A DNA stretch of 64,000 nucleotides from Candidatus Bathyarchaeia archaeon (GCA_049516875.1 JBEKSS010000001.1:256001-320000); one strand, 5' to 3'. Shown: positions 1 to 10,079, numbered from the stretch's first letter. Notes: generated by a model from the letters alone, not told the origin. Numbers and translations are program-made.

Positions 1-576
1 GTAAACGTTTCCCGTATGAACGATTTTTACCTGGTGACCGTAGTTCCGGAAAAAGCAGACCTAGAATACGTAAACACTTTAACAAATGTCCTTGTGCCAA
101 CAGTTCTGAAGCTCCTTGAGAAAATCAGCCCTGCCGTCAACAGAGACGGACAGTCTGAACCTGAAAATGAAGAGCCCACGGTCAAACCAGACTTCAAGCC
201 CATAGAGGAATCTACTGAAGAGACTGCAGAGAAGCACGAAGAACACGAGGTGTCCGAAGCTAGCCCCGAAAGAATTCTTCCTGAGCCTCAGGTAAACCAG
301 TTCATCGTGGAGAACGTCGGAGGCCTGTTTTCATCATCAGACACCGTGCGCATCGACAGCGATACAATGTCACAATGGACAGAACAGTATGAAGACAAAA
401 AAATCGAGCAGGCCACAATCGAAACTTTTGGAGGAAAATCAGTCCACTGCAAAGTCAAACCAATAAGAGACTCAAAATACGAAGGCAAGGGTATCATACA
501 GATTCCTGAAAGAATCCAGCAATCTCTAGAAATAAGGAAGGGCGAACTCGTCAGGGTTAAGCCAATAATCGAATGA
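1..576 (+). CDS. 5'-truncated hypothetical protein: probable roadblock-like end, acidic linker, C-terminal beta-barrel-like (CDC48-N/DPBB-like) domain
   Basis: Frame is open to the window edge. E/P-rich linker. C-terminal GIIQIPERIQQSLEIRKGELVRVKP resembles double-psi barrel motifs. Confidence 0.5.
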   Translation, partial: VNVSRMNDFYLVTVVPEKADLEYVNTLTNVLVPTVLKLLEKISPAVNRDGQSEPENEEPTVKPDFKPIEESTEETAEKHEEHEVSEASPERILPEPQVNQFIVENVGGLFSSSDTVRIDSDTMSQWTEQYEDKKIEQATIETFGGKSVHCKVKPIRDSKYEGKGIIQIPERIQQSLEIRKGELVRVKPIIE

Positions 577-589
577 TGGAGGCCGCAAC

Positions 590-985
590 ATGGTCAAGCA
601 GAAGAAAAACCTTCAAGAAACTGCCAGCGAACTCGAGCCCATAGCCGTTGAAAGCGCAGCATGCGAAAACAACATACGACCCATCTTGGAAGAAATCAAG
701 AAATGCGACGGAGTAATAGGCTACATCCTCAGAAACACTACTTCAGCGACAATAGACCTTAACGATCCAACCAAAGTCATAGACTATGCCGTTCTTTCTT
801 CCTCAACCTTTGAAGCAAGCGAACAACTCTCAGAATTGTTTGACTTAGGCAAAGCCAAAAACATCATCGTGGAAGGAAAAGACGGAAAAACGCTCCACCT
901 CAGCGTCGGCGAAAACAACATAAGCATATTCATGGAAAAGAGTGCAGACGCAAGAAAAATCCTGGAAAAAATGCATTCATCATAA
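590..985 (+). CDS. Roadblock/LC7 domain protein
   Basis: GVIGYIL...helix...IIVEGKDGKTLHLSVGENNISIF pattern; GGAGG RBS upstream. Confidence 0.7.
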   Translation: MVKQKKNLQETASELEPIAVESAACENNIRPILEEIKKCDGVIGYILRNTTSATIDLNDPTKVIDYAVLSSSTFEASEQLSELFDLGKAKNIIVEGKDGKTLHLSVGENNISIFMEKSADARKILEKMHSS

Positions 986-1230
986 AGACAGACAATGAAT
1001 CCGCTGCACGCACCGGTTGGCCATTCGACAAAGTTCTTTCCCTAAAACAAGCCACGGAAAACAGTACAAAGTATCCTTTTTTCTTCGTTCATTGTTTTCG
1101 AGTTTGAGTTTACATACGGGCGCGGCGAGATTCCTATTCTATGTTCTTTTTGGGAATATTGTGATAAGAGAAATAAAGTATTATCTATTAAGATACAATT
1201 TACTTCATGTTGACATCAAGGTGAAGGACA

Positions 1231-1524
1231 ATGTTCAAAAAAACTGAATTCTGTGGAGACATTAACTTGAATGAGCAGCTTGGGACTAAAGAAAGGATAG
1301 AGGCTACGTTGCAAAAGTTGCAGGCTTTGAAGAGCAGAATATCAGAATTGAGAGCCCAGTGTGAGGAACTTCAAAGGTTACGCGCTGAAGATCAAAGCAG
1401 TGCTTTGCGTTGCGACGAATGCGGCGGTGCGATAGAGCCAGGGCAGGAAGTCGAGGCCAAGAACTTTGGCGAGAAAGTACATCATTACCATAAAGAATGT
1501 TTTCGAAAACTCTGGCTGCAATGA
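1231..1524 (+). CDS. Small coiled-coil protein with C-terminal CxxC..HxxC zinc finger
   Basis: Heptad-like N-terminus; CDECG...HYHKECF; GGTGA RBS. Confidence 0.6.
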   Translation: MFKKTEFCGDINLNEQLGTKERIEATLQKLQALKSRISELRAQCEELQRLRAEDQSSALRCDECGGAIEPGQEVEAKNFGEKVHHYHKECFRKLWLQ

Positions 1525-1591
1525 TTCTTGCAAGTGCCTCCCGCAAACCGCGTTCACGAACAGGTACTCCGCTGCCTGAGGAGTACTGCAA

Positions 1592-1855
1592 TTAGACACT
1601 CGCTTCTGTTTGAGGCTTCATCGTCTCTTGCAGGGTCTTCTCCGCAGTCGCGATGGAAAAGAGGAGGTCATCGATGGTAGCAACAAACGTTGGGAACCCT
1701 TGATGACATCTTATCTTGGTGACGACCTTTTTGTTTTCACTTCGCGTTTTGACTGACAGACCGGCGGGGCTTGCCGAGTTGTCCGGAGACACTGCGTCAG
1801 CAATGGCTTCTGCAATTCTCGCGTTATCATACTCTATGGCTATTTCAGCTTCCAA
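1592..1855 (-). CDS. pcc1: KEOPS complex subunit Pcc1
   Basis: AIADAVSPDN...FVATIDDLL motif; usual position after recJ. Confidence 0.85.
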   Translation of the reverse strand: MEAEIAIEYDNARIAEAIADAVSPDNSASPAGLSVKTRSENKKVVTKIRCHQGFPTFVATIDDLLFSIATAEKTLQETMKPQTEASV

Positions 1856-3302
1856 TTCTCTCGCCTTTCAGTTTTCTCCCCACCAGTTCGTTCACGATTT
1901 GTATAAAGTTGTCTATGTCTTCAATGGGAACCTGCGCGCCGGCGGCAACGTTGTGTCCTCCGCCTTTTCCTAGAAATCTTTCTGCGGCAACCTGCATGAT
2001 CTCTCCCAGATTAAGGCCCCTGCTTGTGACCGCGTCCGAAGTTCTCGCGGAGATTTTCGCTATGTCTTCTCCTTCGACGCTTGAGTAAGCAATCAAAGGC
2101 TTTTCCGGGTTCGGAAGGCTTCCCGAAAGTATGGATGAAATCGCGCCGATTATCTTGTCGTCGATGAAATTCTCGCCAGAGACAACATATATGTTTTCTA
2201 ACTCTTTGACGCGTTCAGGTTTCTCCATTACCCATCCGAGGTACTTGTTTAGCGTTCTTCTATAGTCTTCCAGAACCTTGTTCGCCCCCTCAAGCCCTTG
2301 TCCCCTGTCGCCCATACACACAGCTACTCCAAGACCCGACTTGTCCATTCTACCAGTGGCGTTCAACAGGACAGCAAATTCTCTCGCATCCCGGAGCGGG
2401 GTCCAAGATTCTTCACGGTTCAATATGTAAACGTGCCCGATGAGATTCGACACTTCGTAGCGCAAACCCCTTGAGAGCAGGTGATCTGCCAAAGCCGAAC
2501 ACAATCGCTTCTTCTCTTCCTCTGAAAGGTCCCTAAGAGCCCGCCATTTGTCACCTTCTCTTGGTTTGATGCCCAGACTTGCCAAGAAAGCCAAGCTCTT
2601 GTCTTCCTCGCCGCTTATGCCTGGGATGAACGGGCTTGTGGTAGATGCCAAGGTTTTGTGGATGGGACGTGTTTCTCTGCCGAAGAATATCAGATCTTTC
2701 TCCACAGTGAGAAGGCCTGAACCTTTCGCATCTTCAAGTATTCTCCCGTTAAGCCCTCCGAGCATTCGCTGATCATACTTGTCCTGCATATCTCCTAACG
2801 CCCCGACGACGGCAATCGGAGCTAAATCAACGTTAACCTTGTCAATAGCATCGGCCACAAAATAGGCCACACCAGCTCCGCTCACGTCTCTTGCCCCGTC
2901 AATTCCATACAGATGGGGGTTCACATGCACGAAGTTGTCTGACTCCTTGCCGACGATTTGATGGTGGTCTAGGATCACAATCTTAAAGCCCGCGAGTTTC
3001 TGATTCAACAAGTCGACGTACCCGCTTCCTAAATCGGTGAAAATCACCAATTGCGGTTTATCCGAAAGAATCTCGCCCACGATATTCTGCTCAATCCACT
3101 GGGTTATTCGAATTCGAAATCTTGCGTCAAGCCTGAACAATGCTTTTCCGATGATCCCCGCTGCTGCAACTCCATCAGCATCCAAATGTGAAAAAACATG
3201 GATAAACCCGTCTTCCTTAACCGTCTCCAAAATCGTCTTAGCCGCCTGGCTAGCCGAATTCAAAAAACACGCAACTTGGTTCTCGTTCAGCGTTGAAGCC
3301 AT
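1845..3302 (-). CDS. recJ: RecJ/GAN (Cdc45-like) DHH phosphoesterase with DHHA1 domain
   Basis: HLDADG, DLGSG, DHH, GGGH motifs; rps15-recJ-pcc1 synteny. Confidence 0.9.
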   Translation of the reverse strand: MASTLNENQVACFLNSASQAAKTILETVKEDGFIHVFSHLDADGVAAAGIIGKALFRLDARFRIRITQWIEQNIVGEILSDKPQLVIFTDLGSGYVDLLNQKLAGFKIVILDHHQIVGKESDNFVHVNPHLYGIDGARDVSGAGVAYFVADAIDKVNVDLAPIAVVGALGDMQDKYDQRMLGGLNGRILEDAKGSGLLTVEKDLIFFGRETRPIHKTLASTTSPFIPGISGEEDKSLAFLASLGIKPREGDKWRALRDLSEEEKKRLCSALADHLLSRGLRYEVSNLIGHVYILNREESWTPLRDAREFAVLLNATGRMDKSGLGVAVCMGDRGQGLEGANKVLEDYRRTLNKYLGWVMEKPERVKELENIYVVSGENFIDDKIIGAISSILSGSLPNPEKPLIAYSSVEGEDIAKISARTSDAVTSRGLNLGEIMQVAAERFLGKGGGHNVAAGAQVPIEDIDNFIQIVNELVGRKLKGERIGS

Positions 3303-3314
3303 GGACTATCACCG

Positions 3315-3400
3315 AAAATAACTATTACCCAAGGTTTATAACAGTTCGGCTTTCATCCCCACCCTAGAGGATGGGGACTTCCCGCCAATAAGGGATAAAA
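3315..3400 (-). mobile_element. Orphan IS200/IS605 left-end remnant (hairpin plus TATA-like box)
   Basis: 3315-3383 aligns by eye at 59/70 positions with 11263-11332, the left end of the tnpB element; TCCCCA..TGGGGA hairpin. Confidence 0.8.
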
Positions 3401-3442
3401 TCCGCAAGACATATTTTCCGACAGGAATTTGTACGAAAACGG

Positions 3443-3883
3443 CTATGTTATCCAAGCTATCTTCGCTTCGTACTTCCAGTTCGGCGGTAAGATGCCCACG
3501 CGTTTGTAATACCTTGATATCTTGTAAATCTTTGCCTCAATCAGCTGAAGCGCTCTTTTGTTAATCTGGTCTGTTCTGTTCTTTTCAAGATGAAGACCAA
3601 GGCTTTCAGCTTTCTTGAGCAGACTTGCCAAGTCTTCTGGCAACGATGGAGCAAGTTCGTTTTCTTTGAGTACCTTCATCACTCTTTTTCCGATTATCGG
3701 TCTTGCCAAGGGAATCGCGTGCTGATCTCTAAGGATTGTCCCGATGCGACTGGGAGAGTTGCCTTCCTTCCCCAGTTTGACGATCAAAGCTTCCACCTCT
3801 TCTGGCTGGTATTTGCACCAGCTCGGAGGTCGTTTGCTAACAGGTCTTATCTGATGAGACTTTCCCTTTTCTTGTTTAGGCAT
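3443..3883 (-). CDS. rps15: 30S ribosomal protein uS15 (S15P/S13e)
   Basis: GKSHQIRP..PPSW, SPSRIGTILRDQH, LIEAKI..YYK; start moved to MPKQEK. Confidence 0.95.
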   Translation of the reverse strand: MPKQEKGKSHQIRPVSKRPPSWCKYQPEEVEALIVKLGKEGNSPSRIGTILRDQHAIPLARPIIGKRVMKVLKENELAPSLPEDLASLLKKAESLGLHLEKNRTDQINKRALQLIEAKIYKISRYYKRVGILPPNWKYEAKIAWIT

Positions 3884-4012
3884 CAACCATCCCTTAAACT
3901 CTGTATCAGCGAAGGTACGCGCATATTTAAGAGTAACTGAATCTACAGGCAAGAATATTTCGAATTTTGATTCTCGATTCAGAACTTTTTTAGCCCTTTT
4001 GAGAGGTGATAT

Positions 4013-4591
4013 TTGATGAGCAAAATGACTGATGAGTTGACAGCATGGCTTCTGAGCTACGAGACTGGTAGGGCATGGTACAATAAATTACTTTCTGATG
4101 TTACAAAACGCATCTATTTGCAACAGTTCAAACGATATTGTGATGCTGTCAACAAGAGCCCTGATGAACTAGTTGAGCTGAAAATTGAAGGATTGAAGTC
4201 TATTAATACATCAAGGGAATTTCAGGCTGAGAACCTTTTGGAGACTTTCCTGTCAACCTCCCACTTGACTCCAAATATGAAGGATTCTGTAAAGACTGCG
4301 GTTCCGAGTTTTTACGCAAAGAATAGGCGGAGACTTGAGCCAGATACAGCAGAGAATTTTCAAGTGCCTGAACCGAAGAAACGTTGTCCTTCAACCCAAG
4401 ATTTGTTGGAGTTGGAGAGTGCATTTACGACTCTTCGAGATAAGGCTTTGTTGTGGTTTGTAGCATCTGCACCTTTCCGCCTCACTTCAATTACACGATT
4501 GAAATGGAGAGATTTGAAACCGACAAATGACAAAGAAATTCCTTACTGTATGGTCATCGAGGGTGTAAGGCTTTCTGTACTGATGGCTTAG
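4013..4591 (+). pseudogene. Truncated tyrosine recombinase/integrase (N-terminal part only)
   Basis: SAM-like N domain, then LRDKALLWFVASAPFRLTSITRLKWRD box I with catalytic Arg; ends before HxxR and Tyr. Confidence 0.75.
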
Positions 4592-4611
4592 ACTAGAAAA
4601 AGAGAGTGGGT

Positions 4612-5124
4612 TTAGTAGTAGTATGTTATCGTTACGGTTTCAGTTGCTCCATCGACTAGGTTCCCGTTTCCGACCCCGACTGTTACGTTTGAAGAGGGTA
4701 ATACTGGAAAGAATGACCCGACTGGGCCAACGATTTTTGAGGTGTTATAGCTGAGAGCATCATAAAAGTAGTCGTTCCATGAAAAGTAGATTACGTGAGC
4801 CCACACACTTGCATTTGCCGATAGAACTGTAACAGTAACATATCCTGCATAGTTTGTTGAAAACGTCCAATCGTTCCAAGCAATCCCTGACCCCGCCGCA
4901 GGTTCACTTATGGTTTGGTTATTAACCCAAACTGTTGAGTTGGCAAGGTTGACGATGCTCGTCAAGTTATTCATTTGACTTTGCAGACTTGTGATTGTGT
5001 TATCTTTATCGTCAATTTGCCATCGGTATAAGGAGGTTGCTCCGACTAGACAAGCTACAAGGATTATGCACACTATTTCAAGTGCAATGAACACTCTTCT
5101 ACTCACAACTTTCTTTTCACTCAT
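4612..5124 (-). CDS. Membrane-anchored protein (N-terminal TM, short coiled coil, beta-rich C domain)
   Basis: MSEKKVVSRRVFIALEIVCIILVACLVGA TM; ends VTITYYY. Confidence 0.65.
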   Translation of the reverse strand: MSEKKVVSRRVFIALEIVCIILVACLVGATSLYRWQIDDKDNTITSLQSQMNNLTSIVNLANSTVWVNNQTISEPAAGSGIAWNDWTFSTNYAGYVTVTVLSANASVWAHVIYFSWNDYFYDALSYNTSKIVGPVGSFFPVLPSSNVTVGVGNGNLVDGATETVTITYYY

Positions 5125-5191
5125 TTTTGAACCCCTAGTTTGTCTTCTGTTGCTGTGTTGATTTAAGATTTCTGTCTTCTTGAAAAATGGT

Positions 5192-5806
5192 CTAGGTTGA
5201 ACTAAGTTGTGGAGGATTGCTGGGAGGCGGAGGTTTAACGCTTGTTTCTTCTTGGTGGACTCGCCAAGCACAAGCTATTCCTACGACTAACGAGACAGTT
5301 CCAGCAACCGCTAGGCTAACAGAATATCGGGCATAAGGATAATCTACAAGCGCGCGCACGCCGCCTTGACCCCAGAAATACCAAGTCTGCTGATAAAGGG
5401 TTGAGAGCATTCCTAATACCAAGAATAGTACACCTGAGATTATTCCTATGATGCCAATTAGTTGGTAATACGCTATCTTCGGAAGCTCACTTTCTGGTAA
5501 CTTTCTTTCTCTAAATGCCAACGCACCACCAACAATCAGCAAGATGAAAGGGAGTATCCCGAAAGGGGATGAAACAATCAAAGCCAACACGCCAGAGATA
5601 ATTAGAATCGCTCCACCTTTCCCATTACCTACCACACCACCGACTATACCCAGAATCCCTGCTAGGAAAGCCAAGACTATATTTATGGTCAAACCCGTAT
5701 CAACCGCTCCGTTTGCTTGATTAATTACCATTACCAAAAACGCCAATATGCCCATCACGAACGAGAAAACTCCACCCAGAACCCCCAAAAGGAAACTACG
5801 TTTCAT
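5192..5806 (-). CDS. Multi-pass membrane protein (DUF4064-like N half)
   Basis: About six Gly-rich hydrophobic segments; Pro-rich tail. Confidence 0.6.
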   Translation of the reverse strand: MKRSFLLGVLGGVFSFVMGILAFLVMVINQANGAVDTGLTINIVLAFLAGILGIVGGVVGNGKGGAILIISGVLALIVSSPFGILPFILLIVGGALAFRERKLPESELPKIAYYQLIGIIGIISGVLFLVLGMLSTLYQQTWYFWGQGGVRALVDYPYARYSVSLAVAGTVSLVVGIACAWRVHQEETSVKPPPPSNPPQLSST

Positions 5807-6275
5807 TTGTCTTTTTCACCTTTTGTCCCCATAATCACATGACAAAGGTGCTGTTTAAGTCTTTGTCTCATTCTTCAGGTGTATTCTAGAGTAGTTTTTT
5901 TCTCTTCTACACTTTCGAAATAATGTTGATAGCTAGTTAGCGGCTAGAGCATGGGAAAAGACCAGAACTTCAATGCGAAAAATGTAATGCCATTTCGAGG
6001 GTTCCAAGTGAAGAGAAATAGAGGATACTTCTACTACTCTTTTTAAGCCAGTTTGGCCTTCATATTACTGGCGACAGACATGGAAAAGCAAAATATCCAT
6101 GCCTGTGGAAACAGCTACTTAAGAATAACTGTCTCTTTCGGCAACATGTGCCTCTTTCATTCATTTCTGTTCTCTAAAGAGTTACTTTTCATGAATCTCC
6201 TCAGCGTATTAGACCTTACTCCTAGCAATTTGCTGGCTATTTCCAGCGGGCGCCTCAAATCCATGTGGCATGCAT

Positions 6276-7163
6276 TCAGATCGAAAAAGTGTGCCTTCTG
6301 TATTTCCAAGCGTCTGGAAATGAATAAGGAATTATCCACATGAAGGCGTAAAGAAAAGATTTCAGCAAATCAAAACCAGGACTAATCCTGTTAATAGTCC
6401 TTGTAAATACGCCCGCCCGGTTTTCGTAAGAAACCCTTCCATACTCGCCTAAAATCCTTGAGAACTTATGGTCTTCTGCCACAGCCAACTCTGGATCGTA
6501 CAGATACCCCTCATCCGCAGAAATCCTGAGAGCTACGTCACGCAGAACGGCAATACTGAATCCTGGCACGCTTGGACCCGAGATGGGAGTGCCCCGAATT
6601 CTTATGGTCGGGATTTTTGTCGAAAACCAAACAGTGTAGTTCTCCCCCATGGTTCCAAATCTCCGACTGACTTTCCGTGTATCACTCGGCCTGGCAGAAG
6701 GAGCTGCTCCCACAATGTTCTTGCTCCTTAACGCCTGATACATCACCTCAAAGTAGTTTTCATATTTGTCAAGCTTCGACGTCACATACTTAAGATCCAA
6801 CTCAGTGCCGCTAGAAAATCGGGTATCTATATCCTGAAAGACCACAATACTTCCTTTCGCATAAGAAAAACCGAGATTTCTGCCTATTGTAGGAGAATCC
6901 CATGACTTGTACTTGATCTTTCCAGACTCGTAAAGTCCCCGTCTATATTCCTGATAAGTTTCGCAGGCTATCAAGTTGGAATCACTCAATTCTGGAAAAT
7001 CTGCGTTTCCGCCTGCGTCAACGATCACGAATTCTATTTTCTTGCCCATTTTCTTCTCGAAGAGCTGCTTGACCGTTTCCCAGTTTTGAAAGGTCTCTTC
7101 GAGGAGCCCCTCGTTCTTCTCGTTTTTTGCAGTAGTTACGACCGAGAAAGTTGGTTGGGCCAT
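6276..7163 (-). CDS. Glycosyltransferase family 2
   Basis: SVVTTAKNE, FVIVDAG, GRNLG, FQDID (DxD), AEDH motifs. Confidence 0.8.
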   Translation of the reverse strand: MAQPTFSVVTTAKNEKNEGLLEETFQNWETVKQLFEKKMGKKIEFVIVDAGGNADFPELSDSNLIACETYQEYRRGLYESGKIKYKSWDSPTIGRNLGFSYAKGSIVVFQDIDTRFSSGTELDLKYVTSKLDKYENYFEVMYQALRSKNIVGAAPSARPSDTRKVSRRFGTMGENYTVWFSTKIPTIRIRGTPISGPSVPGFSIAVLRDVALRISADEGYLYDPELAVAEDHKFSRILGEYGRVSYENRAGVFTRTINRISPGFDLLKSFLYAFMWIIPYSFPDAWKYRRHTFSI

Positions 7164-7418
7164 GATAGGATGGGAATACACTAGATTCTTAAGCTTTTTT
7201 CAATGCCGATCCTATACTGCTTACCTAGCGTGCGTTTTCGACACGTCAATAGGTGTCCTCTTCTTTTCCAGTTTTTATAACCGAAAAAAACCATATCTGC
7301 CCATCAATAGCGTAATCGCCAATGGAACAGATAAAAAAGGACCGTGTGGGAGACATCTCCCGATAACTCTCCACTTAGGACTATTGATTGCGCATGGAAA
7401 CTGTTTTCCAAATTGAAG

Positions 7419-8000
7419 TTACTTGTACCATTCGGCGAATTTCCGAAAAGCAGCCGCACGGTGTGAACGCTTGCATTTTTCAGCAACATTCATTTGTGCA
7501 AACGTTTTGTCGCTGTTGTCCGGCTTGAAGATCGGGTCAAAGCCGAAGCCCATTTTATTGGTTGCTTTCCTTTCTCTGCGGACTATTTCTCCGGTGACTG
7601 TGCCTTCAAAACACATTGGCGATTCTAACTGCGAAGAAAAGTATGCAACTACCGATTTGAACTCAGCTTTTCTTTTATCGATCCTTTCCATGAGTCTAAG
7701 CAAGCCCTTGTTGCCTATCGTCCTGTAAACGTAAGCGGCATAGGGACCTGGAAAACCGTTCAAGGCATCTACGAACAGCCCAGCATCTTCAACCACCATG
7801 GGCAATCTGCATTTTTCAGAAGCTTCCATAACGCTTGCCTGCGCGATTTCTCCGAGGCTTTCGCTTTGGATTTCCAAGGACTTAACTCTGAGCATTCCGA
7901 CTACTATCCTGCTTTCGGCCAAGACCTCTCTGGCTTCGTTGAACTTGTTGACATTGTTTGTCGCGAAGAAAACGAAGTGACCCTTCAGTTGAAGACTCAT
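7419..8000 (-). CDS. rdgB: RdgB/HAM1 non-canonical purine NTP pyrophosphatase
   Basis: FATNNVNKFNE, EDAGL, GFPGPY, GFGFDPIF, SHR. Confidence 0.95.
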   Translation of the reverse strand: MSLQLKGHFVFFATNNVNKFNEAREVLAESRIVVGMLRVKSLEIQSESLGEIAQASVMEASEKCRLPMVVEDAGLFVDALNGFPGPYAAYVYRTIGNKGLLRLMERIDKRKAEFKSVVAYFSSQLESPMCFEGTVTGEIVRRERKATNKMGFGFDPIFKPDNSDKTFAQMNVAEKCKRSHRAAAFRKFAEWYK

Positions 8001-8407
8001 TTCGCTTCACGTCTTCCCTTTGCACCTGTGGCTGACACATCGAAATATTTCTTCCAGTCTATCTGCGCGATCTCCAGAATGTTGCCATCTGGGTCCGCAA
8101 AGGTTGCCTGTCTCCCACCCCAAGGTTCATCGTGCAGTCCTTCGATGAATCTCACTCCTGCACGGCTTAGTCTATCGCAGAACTTGTCTACATCATCAAC
8201 AAGAAATTCCACGGATGGCGACGTGAGGCTCGTCTCCTGTCTCTCTCCAGATGCTGGAATCAATCCTATTTCTACGCCACCACATTCGAAACCGGCGTAG
8301 CTTGAAAACTCGTACTTCTTTTCCAAACCTAATGTTTCTTCATAGAATTTCACGGTTCTTTTCATGTCTGAAACGTGAAGAGTTATACTCCAAACGGTCT
8401 TGATCAT
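7997..8407 (-). CDS. VOC/glyoxalase family protein
   Basis: FYEETLGL...PWGGRQATFADPDGN. Confidence 0.85.
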   Translation of the reverse strand: MIKTVWSITLHVSDMKRTVKFYEETLGLEKKYEFSSYAGFECGGVEIGLIPASGERQETSLTSPSVEFLVDDVDKFCDRLSRAGVRFIEGLHDEPWGGRQATFADPDGNILEIAQIDWKKYFDVSATGAKGRREAK

Positions 8408-9069
8408 TCTCTTTCCTTCCTCTCGGCGACGTAGCGACCTCTTCTTTCTATTTCCCTGATCTTATCTAAGACGTTTTCTGATGTTTCAGACTTCAAAACT
8501 GAAGAATATCCTTCAATCGCAGATTCAAAACACTCCTCGGCAAACTTGTAGTGGGTGCTCTGGAGAGCTCTCTTCATCAGATGAAGGTCAACCCCTCTGG
8601 CTTCAAGCTCTTTCGTCTTGTCGCCAAGCCCGAAGTCCACGAAGAATATCTTGCCTTCCGGGTGTTGAATGAGGTTTGAGGTTGTCAGGTCACCGTGAAC
8701 TATCCCGTATTCGTGAAGTTTGCCTGTTGATTCGCCAATTCTAAAACACAGGCTTCGTCTCTCACTCTTGGATACTTCATTGAGCAGTTGCTTCACTTGT
8801 TTTCCTTCTATGTACTCCATTATTATGGTCGTGTTCTTGCGATCAACCAAGAAGATTATCGGTGTGGGCACTCCAGCTTTTTTGGCTTCATGCATCAGTT
8901 GAGGTTCATGAATCGTTCGGTAGGCGCGGATTTGTTCATCCAAGGCCGAGGGACGGTATTTCTTGGGTAGGCGCTTCTTCAACACCACTTTTCTTCCATG
9001 CCAATCCGCGAGGTAAAGATCAGCTTCAGCTCCCTTCTTTATTAGCACTGGCTGTTTCATTGCATCCAC
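8404..9069 (-). CDS. bud32: KEOPS kinase Bud32
   Basis: KGAEA, HGDLTTSN, DFGL, C-terminal RGRY. Confidence 0.95.
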   Translation of the reverse strand: MDAMKQPVLIKKGAEADLYLADWHGRKVVLKKRLPKKYRPSALDEQIRAYRTIHEPQLMHEAKKAGVPTPIIFLVDRKNTTIIMEYIEGKQVKQLLNEVSKSERRSLCFRIGESTGKLHEYGIVHGDLTTSNLIQHPEGKIFFVDFGLGDKTKELEARGVDLHLMKRALQSTHYKFAEECFESAIEGYSSVLKSETSENVLDKIREIERRGRYVAERKERE

Positions 9070-10079
9070 GGAACCTCAACCTCTTCAAGCCGCCACCTCA
9101 GCCGCACTTGACTCTTCTCAATCTCAGTTACTGTGCCATGTGTGTAAGCCAGAACGCCTGTCCACGCGATCATGGCCCCGTTGTCAATCGCAAACTCGGT
9201 CGGCACAACATCGAATCGCGCGCTATGCTCCTCTGCCACAGATCTAATCATGCTTTGCAACCTCTTGTTCGCGGCAACTCCACCCGTTAGCAGGACTTCT
9301 TCTCTTGCCGTGTGCGCTAGAGCCCTCTCGGTCACTTCTGTGACCATTGAAAACGCTGTTTCCTGAAGACTGTAACACACGTCCTCAAGCTTGCATTCCC
9401 CTTTCTTGAGAAGCGTGACCGCCGCAGTCAGTAGGCCGCTCAGGGACACGTCCATGCCTTTAACAGTGTATGGCAACTTGATCAATTGTTTCCCGCTTCG
9501 GGCAAGCTTTTCGACAACAGCCCCGAAGGGCAGACCTGGCTTTTGATGCAGACCCGCTTCCCTTGCAAAAACGTCTAAACAGTTTCCCAGAGCAATGTCC
9601 AGCGTCTCGCCGAAGATTCTGTATCGTCCACAATCGAAAGCCGCAACGATGGTGTTGCCTCCTGAAACGTAAAGCGTCAAAGGATTCTTCGTCCCCGTTT
9701 CCAATTTTCCTATTTCGACGTGTGCCACGCAATGATTGACTCCTACGAGCGGAATCTTTAGGTAAGAAGCCAACGCGCGAGCCACGGTTGCTCCAGTGCG
9801 GAGGCATGGACCCAAGCCTGGACCCTGAGAAAATGCTATCACCGACAGGTTCTGCGGTTTCACTCCCGATCCTTTAAGAGCACCGTCTAAAACCTTGCTC
9901 GCCACTTCAGCATGGTGCCGCGCGGCCTCCCGCGGATGGATGCCGCCTTCTGGTGGAACATAGGCGTCTATAATGTTTGCCAAGATTTTGCCATCGAATG
10001 TTGATATTCCAACGCTGAAGTCGTCCGCCGATGATTCGATTCCCAAGCAATAGCGCTCCTCTGCCGCCCTGTTCTTCAT
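9057..10079 (-). CDS. kae1: KEOPS tRNA t6A threonylcarbamoyltransferase Kae1
   Basis: GIESSA, GGIHP, GPGLGPCL, NHCVAH, DNGAMIA. Confidence 0.95.
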   Translation of the reverse strand: MKNRAAEERYCLGIESSADDFSVGISTFDGKILANIIDAYVPPEGGIHPREAARHHAEVASKVLDGALKGSGVKPQNLSVIAFSQGPGLGPCLRTGATVARALASYLKIPLVGVNHCVAHVEIGKLETGTKNPLTLYVSGGNTIVAAFDCGRYRIFGETLDIALGNCLDVFAREAGLHQKPGLPFGAVVEKLARSGKQLIKLPYTVKGMDVSLSGLLTAAVTLLKKGECKLEDVCYSLQETAFSMVTEVTERALAHTAREEVLLTGGVAANKRLQSMIRSVAEEHSARFDVVPTEFAIDNGAMIAWTGVLAYTHGTVTEIEKSQVRLRWRLEEVEVPWMQ

